From: Bacillota bacterium
GTDB taxonomy: Bacteria; Bacillota; Limnochordia; DTU080
Length of the DNA: 64,000 nt
Direction: 5' to 3'
Assembly (NCBI GenBank): GCA_012840225.1
Contig: DULU01000088.1
Coordinates: 6,895 to 70,894 of the forward strand
Made by a program: the position numbers and the translations under genes. Below, piece after piece: positions 18,021 through 27,869 of this stretch; positions within the stretch are counted from its first letter, which is position 1, and each line of letters begins with the position of its first letter. The notes beneath the pieces were generated by a model. That model worked only from the letters and a program-made list of their open reading frames with translations. It searched no databases and was not told where the DNA came from.

Positions 18021-19522
18021 AAGAGATCGCCATCGGCAGTACGGCAGCTTTGTTGGTCTATGCGCTGGCCGGCGGCTATGATGTGACGCCCGTCATCTTT
18101 TTGGCCGGTATCCTCATTCTCATGCGCTTCCTCGTCTACGGCAAGGAGATGGGACGAAAATTTGAAGTCCTGGGCGGTCCGGAACAGAAAAATGCCCCTG
18201 GCCAGGTGACCTTCGCCGATATCGGTGGACAGGAAGAGGCGAAAAGGGAATTCAGGGAAGCCCTGGAACTGCTGCGGCGGCCTGAACAGGCGGCCAGGCT
18301 TGGCGTTCGTCCGCTGAAAGGTATATTGCTGGTCGGTCCGCCTGGGACGGGGAAGACCCTCATGGCCAAAGCGGCGGCCAGTTTCACGGATTCTTATTAT
18401 CTGGCCGCGTCCGGCAGCCAGTTTGTGGAAATGTATGCCGGAGTAGGTGCCCAAAGGGTGCGGAAGATTTTCCAGGAAGCCCGCAGCCTGGCGGGAAAAG
18501 CAGGAAAAAAAAGCGCCATCATCTTCATCGACGAGATCGAAGTGCTGGGCGGTAAACGCGGGAAACATACCAGCCACCTGGAGTACGACCAAACTCTGAA
18601 CGAACTGTTGGTCCAGATGGACGGCATAGGTTCTGATAAAGAAAAAGTGAAAGTGCTGGTGGTGGCCGCTACCAACAGGGCGGATCTCCTGGACGGGGCC
18701 CTGTTGCGTCCCGGCCGGTTCGACAGGATGGTGCGGGTCGATCTGCCGGATCAGGAGGGCAGACTGCATATTTTAAAAATTCATACCCGCAGGCGGCCGC
18801 TGCATGACGATGTGGATCTCACCACCTTGGCCAAGGAGACTTGCGGTTTTTCCGGAGCCCACCTGGAAGCAATGGTGAATGAGGCAGCCATCCTGGCCAT
18901 GCGGGAAAACCGGGAGACCATCACGGCCGCCGACTTTAAGGAAGCAATCGACAAGGTCCTGATGGGCGAAAAACTGGATCGGCGGCTGCGGCACCAGGAA
19001 CTGGAAAGAATTGCCTATCACGAGGTGGGCCATGCCCTCATCAGCGAATTGGTGAAGCCCGGCTCAGTATCGGTGGTGACCGTTACTCCCCGTGGGCAGA
19101 GCCTGGGTTATATCCGCCGCCATGAGGATAACGATCAATACCTCTATACGGAAGAGGATCTGATGGGGCAGATCAGAATATGCCTGGCCGGGGCGGTAGC
19201 GGAGAAATATTTCACCGGCAGCCGCAGCACCGGCGCCGCCGGCGACTACCGCCAGGCGGTGGACCTGGCCGAACGCCTCATCAAAGCCGGTCTTTCCGAT
19301 CTGGGGGCCATAAATCCGGACACTGTGCCGACCAAAAGCGTCCATGAAGAAACCCAGCGCCTCATCAAAGGTGAGGAAAAGACCGTAGTGTTGGAAATTG
19401 AGCGACACGCCGAGCAGTTGGCAAAAGCTGCCGCCGCCTTGTTGGCCGATGAGCGGATCAGCGGCAGCCGCTTCAGGGAACTGGTAGGCTTGCCCGAAAT
19501 AAAGCCCGAGTCGGCCGCCTGA
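18014..19522 (+). CDS. Short FtsH-like AAA+ metalloprotease paralog (single N-terminal TM, AAA module, M41 HEXXH)
   Basis: Walker A GPPGTGKT, Walker B IIFIDEID, second-region-of-homology arginines, HEVGHAL zinc motif. 502 aa, which is shorter than canonical FtsH. Confidence 0.75.
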   Translation: MVKEIAIGSTAALLVYALAGGYDVTPVIFLAGILILMRFLVYGKEMGRKFEVLGGPEQKNAPGQVTFADIGGQEEAKREFREALELLRRPEQAARLGVRPLKGILLVGPPGTGKTLMAKAAASFTDSYYLAASGSQFVEMYAGVGAQRVRKIFQEARSLAGKAGKKSAIIFIDEIEVLGGKRGKHTSHLEYDQTLNELLVQMDGIGSDKEKVKVLVVAATNRADLLDGALLRPGRFDRMVRVDLPDQEGRLHILKIHTRRRPLHDDVDLTTLAKETCGFSGAHLEAMVNEAAILAMRENRETITAADFKEAIDKVLMGEKLDRRLRHQELERIAYHEVGHALISELVKPGSVSVVTVTPRGQSLGYIRRHEDNDQYLYTEEDLMGQIRICLAGAVAEKYFTGSRSTGAAGDYRQAVDLAERLIKAGLSDLGAINPDTVPTKSVHEETQRLIKGEEKTVVLEIERHAEQLAKAAAALLADERISGSRFRELVGLPEIKPESAA

Positions 19523-19634
19523 AAGAGACCATGCCGATTGATACGCTGCCGATGCAGGTAAACTTTATGGCAGCCACGAAAACCTACAGCCGGTCGTTTT
19601 GTTGTATAATAGGCTGGTTGGAGGTGTCGTTTTC

Positions 19635-21017
19635 ATGGGTTTTATCTCTTTTGCCGATTCTTTGAGATTGTCCAGGGATGAGGCGAGGAAGCTCGCCCGC
19701 CAATATATCAACCCTGGTTTGGTAACCATGATGGGCTTGCTCAACTTCGACAAGCAGTTCACCAAAGCTCAGGGGGTAAGCGTGTGGGACAAGGACGGCC
19801 GGGAGTTCTTAGACTTTCTCGGCGGTTACGGCGCGCTGAATCTCGGGCACAATCCCCCGGAAGTGATAGAAGCCCTGCAAGCCGTCATGGAGCGGCCGAA
19901 CATCCTGCAGGTGACCATCAATCCGTTCGCCGCCGCGCTGGCAGCCAACCTGGCCGCTGTGACCCCAGGTGATCTGGAGCGGGTATTTTTCTGCAATTCA
20001 GGAACGGAAGCCGTAGAAGGAGCTTTGAAACTGGCCCGAGCCTATAGCCGGAAGCCGACCATTCTTTATATGGACGGTGCTTTTCACGGCAAGACGCTGG
20101 GCTCCTTATCCGTCTCCGGGCGGGAGAAATACCGTAAGCCCTTCCAGCCTCTGCTCAGCGGCTGTGAGCAGATTCCCTTCGGCGATGCGGCAGCCTTGGA
20201 GAAGCGCCTGCAGCAAGGCGATGTGGCGGCGGTGATTGTAGAGCCCATACAGGGCGAAAACGGCATCAAGGTGCCCCCGGACGGTTATCTGGCGACCATG
20301 CGGGAACTCTGCAACAAACATGAAGCATTGATGATCGCCGATGAAGTGCAGACCGGCTTTGGCAGGACCGGCAAACTATTCGGCTGCGAGCATGAGAATG
20401 TGGTGCCGGACATCATGTGCCTGGCCAAATCGCTCTCCGGCAGCATGGTGCCCATCGGTGCCGTTATCGCCCGGCCGACGGTTTGGGATAAAGTCTATGG
20501 AGGCATGGAGAACGCCACCCTGCACACCTCCACTTTTGGCGGCAACACCTTGGCTTGTGCCGCCGGATTGGCGGCCCTGGAGACGATCATAAATCGTCGC
20601 CTGCCGGAGAGGACGGCGGAGTTGGGCAACTATTTTCTGGAACAGACCAGAAAGCTGGCGGAACGTCATCCGGTCATCAAAGAGGTGCGCGGCCGCGGGC
20701 TCCTCATCGGCATCGAGTTCAAGGAAAGGGAAGGCCTGGCAGACAGGCTGACCGGCGGGAAGCTCAGCGAACTGGCGCGTGAATATTATGGCGCCATGGT
20801 GGCCGGCTCTCTGTTGAACGACGAGCAGGTGATCACCGTCTTCACCCTCAACAATCCCAACGTTATTCGCCTGGAGCCGCCCCTCATCGTCACCAAGGAA
20901 CAGATCGACCAGGTGCTGGCCGCCCTGGACAGAGCGTTGGGGAAGACCGGCTCGCTGACCAAAGCAGCTCTCACCACCGCCAAATCCATGTTTTCCGGGC
21001 TTTTAAAAAGAAATTAA
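19635..21017 (+). CDS. Class III PLP-dependent aminotransferase (ArgD/GabT/ornithine-aminotransferase family)
   Basis: DEVQTGFGRTGKLF and PLP-lysine context LAKSLSG. GSLS, NTCTEAVE-like N-terminal motifs. Confidence 0.75.
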   Translation: MGFISFADSLRLSRDEARKLARQYINPGLVTMMGLLNFDKQFTKAQGVSVWDKDGREFLDFLGGYGALNLGHNPPEVIEALQAVMERPNILQVTINPFAAALAANLAAVTPGDLERVFFCNSGTEAVEGALKLARAYSRKPTILYMDGAFHGKTLGSLSVSGREKYRKPFQPLLSGCEQIPFGDAAALEKRLQQGDVAAVIVEPIQGENGIKVPPDGYLATMRELCNKHEALMIADEVQTGFGRTGKLFGCEHENVVPDIMCLAKSLSGSMVPIGAVIARPTVWDKVYGGMENATLHTSTFGGNTLACAAGLAALETIINRRLPERTAELGNYFLEQTRKLAERHPVIKEVRGRGLLIGIEFKEREGLADRLTGGKLSELAREYYGAMVAGSLLNDEQVITVFTLNNPNVIRLEPPLIVTKEQIDQVLAALDRALGKTGSLTKAALTTAKSMFSGLLKRN

Positions 21018-21131
21018 ACGAAACCGGCCGCAACAATCAGCGGAAGAGAAGCGTGGAAGAGAAGTATAGTATAATTATTATCAACACAAGTAATGGTACA
21101 AGCTACCGCCAAAAGAAAATGGAGGGTTCTC

Positions 21132-22877
21132 TTGGGCTTATTTAAAGCGAAAATCGCGGAACTGATCAAAGAGAAGCTGCCGCCGGCGAGCCCGGGCCTG
21201 GATCCGGATGAGGTGGCCCTTGGCGACCTCCTGGAAGCACCCCCGGATCCGGCTTACGGCGATATGGCTTTTCCCACCTTCAGCCTGGCCCGCACATTTA
21301 GGCGAGCGCCGGCGAAAATCGCCGCCGATCTGGCGGCTGAGATCAACAGGGCGCGGCCGGACTGGCTGGAGAAAGTGGAAGCGCTGAACGGCTATGTGAA
21401 CTTCACCCTCAACAAGCCGCTCGCCGCCCGCTCCGTCCTCACCGCCATCAAGAGCGAAGGTCGGCGCTACGGTTCTTCAGGTGCCGGACAGGGCAGGAAA
21501 GTAGTTATAGATTTCTCTTCACCCAACATCGCCAAGCCTTTTGCCGTCAACCTGCTGCGCACCACCGTCCTCGGTCAGGCCTTGTCCCGGCTTTATGCCT
21601 TCCAGGGTTATGAAGTGGTGCGGGTGAATCACCTGGGGGACTGGGGCACGCAAAACGGGCAGTGGATCGTGGGCTACCGCCTGTGGGGCGATGAAGCGGC
21701 TCTGGCTGCCAATCCGATCAAGGAATTGCTGCGGCTTTATATCCGCTTCCACGAAGAAGCGGAAAAGCATCCGGAACTGGAGGATCAGGCCAGGGAGGCT
21801 TTCCATCTCCTGGAGCAGGGCGACCCCGAAGCGCTGGCCTTATGGAAAAGATTCCGCCACCTCTCCATTGAAGAGTTCAAAAGGGTGTATGCCCGCATGG
21901 GCATCGAATTTGATTCCTATGCCGGAGAAGCCTTCTATTCGGACAAAATGGAACCGGTGATCCGGCTTCTGCAGGAGAAAGGCATGCTGGTCGAGAGCGA
22001 AGGAGCGACGGTTGCTCCCCTTGATGAATATAATCTGCCTCCCTGCCTGATCCTGAAGAGCGACGGCTCCACCCTTTATCCCACGCGGGACCTGGCGGCC
22101 GCCTTATATAGATGGGAGCAATATCAACCTGCCTTGGTCCTCTATGTGGTCGATGTGCGCCAGTCGCTCCATTTCCAGCAGATTTTCACCGTGCTGAAAA
22201 AAGCCGGCATGTCCTGGGTGGATCGTTATGAGCACATCGCCTACGGTTTGATAAAATTCCAAGACATGATCATGTCCACCCGCAAAGGCGCCATCGTCTT
22301 CCTGGAGGATGTGCTGGACGAGGCGGCCAATCGCTCGCTGGAGATCATCAAGGAACGCAACCCGGATCTGCCCGACAAGGAAAAAGTAGCCGAGCAGGTC
22401 GGCATCGGCGCCATCATCTTTCGCTTTCTCATCTACAGCCGGCTGAAGGAGATCTCTTTCGATTGGCAGACCGCCTTAAGCTTCGACGGCGACACCGGTC
22501 CCTATGTGCAATATACCTATGCCAGGCTGTGCAGCATCCTGCGCAAAGCAGGCACCGAGGGAGTAGATGTGGAAAAGATTGGAGAGGATCCATCCTGCCT
22601 TTGCTTTGAAAAACTGTCCGCCCCTGAAGAGGCCGCGCTGATTTTCGAACTGGAACGGTTTCCCGACGTCTTAATACAATGTGAAGCCGGCCGGGATCCC
22701 GTAGCCTTAGCCCGCTATCTTCTGGAGCTTTGCCGCGTGTTCAACGGTTACTATCACCAGCACCGGGTGATGGGCAGCGACGCTATGGCCGAGCGTTTGT
22801 TCCTCCTGGCGGGGGTGCGCACCGTCTTGCAAAATGGTCTCTATCTGTTAGGTATGTCGGCCCCTGAGGAGATGTAA
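21132..22877 (+). CDS. argS: Arginine--tRNA ligase
   Basis: Class I ArgRS: SPNIAKPFAVNLLRTT, HLGDWGTQ, DALR anticodon-binding C-terminus. Start assigned to TTG at 21132 behind GGAGGG (ORF extends to 21093). Confidence 0.8.
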   Translation: MGLFKAKIAELIKEKLPPASPGLDPDEVALGDLLEAPPDPAYGDMAFPTFSLARTFRRAPAKIAADLAAEINRARPDWLEKVEALNGYVNFTLNKPLAARSVLTAIKSEGRRYGSSGAGQGRKVVIDFSSPNIAKPFAVNLLRTTVLGQALSRLYAFQGYEVVRVNHLGDWGTQNGQWIVGYRLWGDEAALAANPIKELLRLYIRFHEEAEKHPELEDQAREAFHLLEQGDPEALALWKRFRHLSIEEFKRVYARMGIEFDSYAGEAFYSDKMEPVIRLLQEKGMLVESEGATVAPLDEYNLPPCLILKSDGSTLYPTRDLAAALYRWEQYQPALVLYVVDVRQSLHFQQIFTVLKKAGMSWVDRYEHIAYGLIKFQDMIMSTRKGAIVFLEDVLDEAANRSLEIIKERNPDLPDKEKVAEQVGIGAIIFRFLIYSRLKEISFDWQTALSFDGDTGPYVQYTYARLCSILRKAGTEGVDVEKIGEDPSCLCFEKLSAPEEAALIFELERFPDVLIQCEAGRDPVALARYLLELCRVFNGYYHQHRVMGSDAMAERLFLLAGVRTVLQNGLYLLGMSAPEEM

Positions 22878-22906
22878 AGCCGGCGGTCTTCTGGAGGTAG
22901 TAGCCG

Positions 22907-24112
22907 ATGACCTTTGGACTGGGATTTATTGCTCTCCTTTTAGCTGTAGGGGGGTTTGCGGCCTATCAGGGCGACCGCGTCGGCATGCTGGCCGGGCGGC
23001 GCCGCGTCATGCTTTTCGGCCTCAGACCCCGCTATACGGCCAGGGTCATCACCGTCATCACCGGCATCATCATCGTTTTGATCACCATGGTCAGCATGTT
23101 GCTGTTGAGCAGCAACATGCGCCAGGCCCTTTTCGGACTGGATGAGCTGCGCCAGGCGGTGACCACCCTTTCAGAGGAAGTAGCGGCCAAGAACGACGAT
23201 CTGTCCCAACTGGAACGGCAACGGCTGCAATTGATCGCCAACATCTCCGAGCTGCAAAAAGAGAACGAAGCGCTTGAGGCGCAAAACAAAGAGTGGAAAG
23301 ACAGCAACGATCAACTGAAAAAGGAAAACGCCGGCCTGGTGGAAGAGAGAAACAGGCTGATCGAAGAGCGCGATCGGCTTGAGGAAGAGCGCAAACAATA
23401 TGAGATGCGCACCAAGAGTTTGCTGAATATAGGCAACTTGCTTTATGGACAGCAATTGTGGCTGAGGCAGGCCAGTATCCGCTATCACAGAGGTGATGTG
23501 CTGGCGAGTTGCGTGGTGGATACCGGATTGTCCGCCGCCGAATTGCTCGCCACACTAAATGCCCTGGTGGCCGAAGCTGATGAAAAGGTGCGGCAAGCCG
23601 ATCCCGACACCCCGGGCTTGAAAGTGGAAGCCTACATACCCAATCAGGGAATCGTGGAATCCGAGGTGTTGATCGGGGCAGCGGTGCAGGCCATCCGCAA
23701 TGCTGCCGCTGCCGATCCCGAACTGCAAAGCGTCATCGTGCAGCTGCGCGTCTCGATGAACGCGGCCTCCGGGGAAGCGGTCAGTGCCGATTTCGATCTC
23801 ATCCGCAACGTGAAAGTCTATAATGCCGGCGATGTAGTGCTCAGGCGGGTTTTTGACGGCCGCATGAGCCCACCGGAAATATTTGAGGAATTTTACCTAT
23901 TTATATCCACCCAGGTGCGCCAGGCGGTGATAGAAAAGGGCCTGCTTCCCCTGGATGCCAGAAATGACGGCGTATCGCTTTCCGACGCTTATATGATCGT
24001 GGAACAGATCGCCGCCCAAAACCGCTCCGTGGAGCTGATCGCCTACGCCAAGCGGGACTGCTGGACCATGGGCCCCCTGGAGCTGGCTTTCCGCCTGCAA
24101 CCGGTCCATTAG
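22907..24112 (+). CDS. Hypothetical membrane-anchored coiled-coil protein (possibly DUF3084-like)
   Basis: Two N-terminal TM segments, then a long heptad-rich region (LEAQNKEWKDSNDQLKKENAGLVEERNRLIEERDRLEEE). Family assignment is from memory only. Confidence 0.5.
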   Translation: MTFGLGFIALLLAVGGFAAYQGDRVGMLAGRRRVMLFGLRPRYTARVITVITGIIIVLITMVSMLLLSSNMRQALFGLDELRQAVTTLSEEVAAKNDDLSQLERQRLQLIANISELQKENEALEAQNKEWKDSNDQLKKENAGLVEERNRLIEERDRLEEERKQYEMRTKSLLNIGNLLYGQQLWLRQASIRYHRGDVLASCVVDTGLSAAELLATLNALVAEADEKVRQADPDTPGLKVEAYIPNQGIVESEVLIGAAVQAIRNAAAADPELQSVIVQLRVSMNAASGEAVSADFDLIRNVKVYNAGDVVLRRVFDGRMSPPEIFEEFYLFISTQVRQAVIEKGLLPLDARNDGVSLSDAYMIVEQIAAQNRSVELIAYAKRDCWTMGPLELAFRLQPVH

Positions 24113-24158
24113 GCCGGTCCATCAGGGTGGAAAAACTGCAAATTCTGCATGGGAAGGT

Positions 24159-24626
24159 GTGCCTTTGTCCGCCAACAAGCGTCCGCATTGGGATGAGTAC
24201 TTTCTCGCCATGGCCCGTCTGGCCTCAAAACGCTCCACCTGCCCCCGACGCCGGGTGGGTGCGGTGCTGGTGAAGGAACACCGGGTGCTCGCCACCGGGT
24301 ATAACGGTTCGGTGAGAGGAGCGCCGCACTGCCTGGATGTCGGCTGCCTCCTGGTGACGAAGGAAGGACGCCAGTCCTGCGCCAGGGCGGTGCATGCCGA
24401 ACTGAACGCCATCCTGCAATGCGCCCTGAACGGGGTGAGCAGCAACGGTGCCGTGTTATACTGCACCGATTTCCCCTGCAGCGACTGCGCCAAAGCGTTA
24501 GTACAAGCCGGAGTGAAGCGGGTGGTCTACCTCGCCGACTATCCCGACAAAAATTCCAGCCTGATCCTGAATGAAGCCGGCATCACTCTGGAAAAAGCTG
24601 CCGAACCGCAACTTCTGGATAACTGA
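24159..24626 (+). CDS. dCMP deaminase / ComEB-type cytidine/deoxycytidylate deaminase
   Basis: Zinc motifs HAELNA and PCSDCA. 155 aa. Confidence 0.8.
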   Translation: MPLSANKRPHWDEYFLAMARLASKRSTCPRRRVGAVLVKEHRVLATGYNGSVRGAPHCLDVGCLLVTKEGRQSCARAVHAELNAILQCALNGVSSNGAVLYCTDFPCSDCAKALVQAGVKRVVYLADYPDKNSSLILNEAGITLEKAAEPQLLDN

Positions 24627-24658
24627 GATACTGAATAAAATGGCACGAGTACCTCCAG

Positions 24659-25522
24659 TTGCCGGCGGGCGGGCAAAGGAGTGCCTCTCCGGGTGGCGAA
24701 AAGGAAGAGATGGAGGGATGCCGTGTGGCGAGAGCGAGAGCGAACGCAAGAACAAGAGCGAGAGAAGACCGCAACAGAAAAAGCATCATCACAGCAGTGC
24801 TGGCCATTATAGGCATTATCATTGTGGGCGGCGGCATTTATTTGTGGCAGGTAGGTGGCGACCCGGTGCAGAAAGCCAAAGCCGATGTGCGGCGGCACCG
24901 TTTTGAGCGCGCCGTTGAGCTGCTCGGTGAGGCGGAAAAGGCCGACGGTCCCATCCTGGCCACCAGAATGGCTCTGCTTGTCGGCTTGGTCGGCGCCGAT
25001 GCCCAAATGCAGCAGGAATTGCAAAACATAGAGAACAAAACCCGCGGGATCCTGGAAGACAGCAAAGCCCTGGAAGAAGGCAAGGCGGTCAGCTTCAATC
25101 GGCTCTATAAAAACCGCCAACTTCTGGAGAAACTGGCCGGTGAATTCCGGCGGCAGTATGTGTCCGGAGAGGCGATCAGCACGCCCTGGGACGACGGGGT
25201 ATTGCCCTTTAGAATCAATGTGCGCGCCTTGGAGTCGGCGCTGCAATCCCTGGACAACGGCAACATAAGCGAGAAATATCTCAACACCTTAACCAGCAGC
25301 CTGCAGACCATCGGTGTCTTCCAGGTACTGCAAACCCTGTTGGGCGGCACCGAGCAAGCCGTCCCCCTGAACGGCACATATAAAACCGCCACACTTTTGT
25401 ATTACATCGGCGCCCGGGTGGAAAACAGCGAACTAAAAACCTGGTATATGGAGGAAGTGGCCAAGCTAACCACAGAGGACGAGGAAGTAGGCCGGCTGGC
25501 AAGGCAATTTCTGAAACAGTGA
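24659..25522 (+). CDS. Hypothetical protein (basic N-terminus, one TM, soluble C-domain); start uncertain
   Basis: ORF-track call. The AG-rich low-complexity 5' region (24700-24790) makes the true start ambiguous. Confidence 0.4.
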   Translation: MPAGGQRSASPGGEKEEMEGCRVARARANARTRAREDRNRKSIITAVLAIIGIIIVGGGIYLWQVGGDPVQKAKADVRRHRFERAVELLGEAEKADGPILATRMALLVGLVGADAQMQQELQNIENKTRGILEDSKALEEGKAVSFNRLYKNRQLLEKLAGEFRRQYVSGEAISTPWDDGVLPFRINVRALESALQSLDNGNISEKYLNTLTSSLQTIGVFQVLQTLLGGTEQAVPLNGTYKTATLLYYIGARVENSELKTWYMEEVAKLTTEDEEVGRLARQFLKQ

Positions 25523-25567
25523 TCAGCACCGCCGGTGCGGCGCGACGCAAATAAAAAGGAGAGCGCA

Positions 25568-26089
25568 ATGGGCATACTGAGACGCATCGGAAGCGAGGCC
25601 ATGTCTTCCTTTTTTCTGGCCGGTTTGTCCCTTTTCTTATGGCATGGAATAATGCCGCGCCTCGCAGGGGTAGGTATTGCCATCCCTCGTTCCGGCGCCG
25701 GCGGCCTTATCATCACCCTCCTGGTGGTGGCGGCCACCTATTATCTCTTGCTCACACTGGCTTTATATATCACCCGCGCCCTCAACCCCGACATCAACGC
25801 CATCTCCACAGCGTACATAGGCGGCTGGTGGATCGTCGCCCTGACGGCTTTTCTGGGCGTTTTCGATCCTGTTTTTGAAGATATCTTAGGACTGCCCATG
25901 TCGACCCGAGCCACGCAGTTTCTGTTCCTCACCCTGGCGGTAGGCCTGCTCAGGTTCTGGCGGGAAGCGATTATCAGGCGGCGGGTCATGCAGTGGGAAC
26001 AACAATCGGCGGCCGCTGGGCCGTCCGGTCGACTACCGGAAAAACTCGCTGCCGATCCCGACAATCCGGCGAATGCAAAGGAGGCCTGA
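25568..26089 (+). CDS. Hypothetical polytopic membrane protein
   Basis: ATG at 25568 preceded by AAAGGAGAG. 4-5 hydrophobic segments. No recognised domain. Confidence 0.5.
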   Translation: MGILRRIGSEAMSSFFLAGLSLFLWHGIMPRLAGVGIAIPRSGAGGLIITLLVVAATYYLLLTLALYITRALNPDINAISTAYIGGWWIVALTAFLGVFDPVFEDILGLPMSTRATQFLFLTLAVGLLRFWREAIIRRRVMQWEQQSAAAGPSGRLPEKLAADPDNPANAKEA

Positions 26090-26693
26090 ATTGCCTGGGC
26101 TGGGTATAGAGGAGATAGTGGCTTTTTTGTTGGCCATTACCGTTCATGAGCTGGCACATGCCGTCGTGGCCGTGAAGTTGGGCGACCCTACGCCGCGCCT
26201 GGAGGGCCGGCTGACTTTAAATCCCCTCAAGCACCTGTCGCTCACCGGCACCTTGATGCTCATTCTGGCCGGCATCGGCTGGGCTAAACCTGTGCAGGTG
26301 AACCCCGGCTACTTCCGCCGACCCATGAGGGACATGATGTGGGTGAGCCTGGCCGGACCCGGCATGAATCTCCTTACGGCCGTAGTCTTGGCCCTCTTGT
26401 TCAGATCGACGATGGATCTCTTCCGTGACGTGCCCGGAAGCATGTGGCTGATCCGCTTCTTAGCTGTCGCGGTGACCCTCAATGTCTTGCTGGCTTTCTT
26501 TAATCTGATACCAATACCTCCCCTGGACGGTGCCAAGATTATCACCAACTTTCTGCCGGCAGGCACCGCCTACCGGCTGAAGCAGATCGAGCCCTGGGGC
26601 TTTCTGATCATCCTGGTGCTGTTGCAATATGGGGGGCTGAGCAACTTCCTGCACTGGCTGACGCTGACCACCGTGCGCCGGCTGATAGCTTGA
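26073..26693 (+). CDS. Site-2 protease family (peptidase M50) zinc metalloprotease
   Basis: HELAHAVVA (HExxH) within TM1, LNLLPIPPLDG-type motif (FNLIPIPPLDGAKI). About 200 aa. Confidence 0.8.
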   Translation: MQRRPELPGLGIEEIVAFLLAITVHELAHAVVAVKLGDPTPRLEGRLTLNPLKHLSLTGTLMLILAGIGWAKPVQVNPGYFRRPMRDMMWVSLAGPGMNLLTAVVLALLFRSTMDLFRDVPGSMWLIRFLAVAVTLNVLLAFFNLIPIPPLDGAKIITNFLPAGTAYRLKQIEPWGFLIILVLLQYGGLSNFLHWLTLTTVRRLIA

Positions 26694-26715
26694 TCCTTTG
26701 ATCCCGGAGGGATGA

Positions 26716-27201
26716 ATGATGTGCGTCGCATTGGCGGAAGAAGTGGCGTTATTGCTGAACAGGCGCGAAGAGACGATTGCGGTGGCGGAATCCTGCACCG
26801 GAGGATTGCTGGCCCACTGCTTGACCAATATCCCCGGCAGTTCCGCCTATTTCAGGCGGGGCTGGGTGGTATATAGCAACGAGGCCAAAACTGCCGAGCT
26901 GGGCGTGCCCAGCGCTCTGATCGCTGCCCACGGAGCAGTGAGCGCCGAGGTGGCGGCGTCTATGGCCGGCGGCGCCAGATGGCACGACGGCAGCACATAT
27001 GCCCTGGCCATTACCGGTATTGCCGGACCGGGCGGCGGAACACCGGAAAAGCCGGTCGGCACCACCTATATCGCCCTGGCCGGTCCGGCGGGCACCAAGG
27101 TGCAAAAACATGTTTTTGTCGGGGAGCGGCTGGAAGTAAAAGCAAGCGCCGTCAAAGCGGCTTTGTGGCTGCTTAAGAAAGAACTGCTGGCACAGAACTA
27201 A
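26716..27201 (+). CDS. CinA C-terminal domain protein (nicotinamide-nucleotide amidohydrolase PncC-like)
   Basis: AVAESCTGGLLA and GIAGPGGGT motifs. Sits upstream of recA as in Firmicutes. Confidence 0.8.
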   Translation: MMCVALAEEVALLLNRREETIAVAESCTGGLLAHCLTNIPGSSAYFRRGWVVYSNEAKTAELGVPSALIAAHGAVSAEVAASMAGGARWHDGSTYALAITGIAGPGGGTPEKPVGTTYIALAGPAGTKVQKHVFVGERLEVKASAVKAALWLLKKELLAQN

Positions 27202-27242
27202 GGTTCGTTATATAATGGACATGAGAAGGAAGGCGCGCATTC

Positions 27243-27845
27243 ATGTCGAATCCATCCATGCCGGCCGTGCCTATGGAAACGTGGCGTGTTTTTGTGGCTG
27301 TGCCTTTGAGCGATGAGGCGGTGCATCAGCTGACTTCCCTCATGTCGGAAGCCAAGGGCTTTTCCGGTCCGGGCGTCAGGTGGACGGGGGAAGGCAATCT
27401 GCATCTGACGCTGCGCTTTTTGGGTGAGGTGCCGGTGAAGCAGCTGGATCTCATCAAAAAGGCCTGCCAGGCGGCGGCGGATAGTTGTCAGGTTCTCCAT
27501 CTCTCGCTCTCCGGGACGGGAGCTTTCCCAAGTTGGCGGCGGCCGCGGGTGCTGTGGGCCGGTATAGGCGGCGAGGTCCCGCAGTTGACCGCACTGGTCG
27601 CCAGGCTGGAGCGGGAGCTGGAAAGCTTGGTCCCGCCTCCGGACAAGCCGTTCGCTCCCCATGTGACGATAGCCCGCTGCCGGGAATGTCCACCGGCACT
27701 CAGCAGTTTTTGGCAGAAGGCTGGATCCCGGCTGGAGCTGCCGTTTCCGGCCGAAAAAATTATCCTCTTCCGCAGCCGGCTTTTGCCCGGCGGGGCGAAA
27801 TATACACCGCTTTTCACAGCCCAACTCGCTCCTCCTTCCGCATGA
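27243..27845 (+). CDS. thpR: RNA 2',3'-cyclic phosphodiesterase (2H phosphoesterase, LigT/ThpR)
   Basis: Two H-x-T/S-x motifs (HLTLRFLG and HVTIARC). Alternative start at 27273 (METWRVF). Confidence 0.75.
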   Translation: MSNPSMPAVPMETWRVFVAVPLSDEAVHQLTSLMSEAKGFSGPGVRWTGEGNLHLTLRFLGEVPVKQLDLIKKACQAAADSCQVLHLSLSGTGAFPSWRRPRVLWAGIGGEVPQLTALVARLERELESLVPPPDKPFAPHVTIARCRECPPALSSFWQKAGSRLELPFPAEKIILFRSRLLPGGAKYTPLFTAQLAPPSA

Positions 27846-27869
27846 GGGATATAGAAAGAAGGAAGCGCT

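Noticed and set aside
21017-21131. T-box leader upstream of argS, and lysine riboswitch upstream of lysC (56444-56482)
   Set aside because: The intergenic spaces are only about 115 bp and about 40 bp. That is too short for a T-box (about 250-300 nt) or a lysine riboswitch (about 180 nt). No specifier or T-box consensus is visible.
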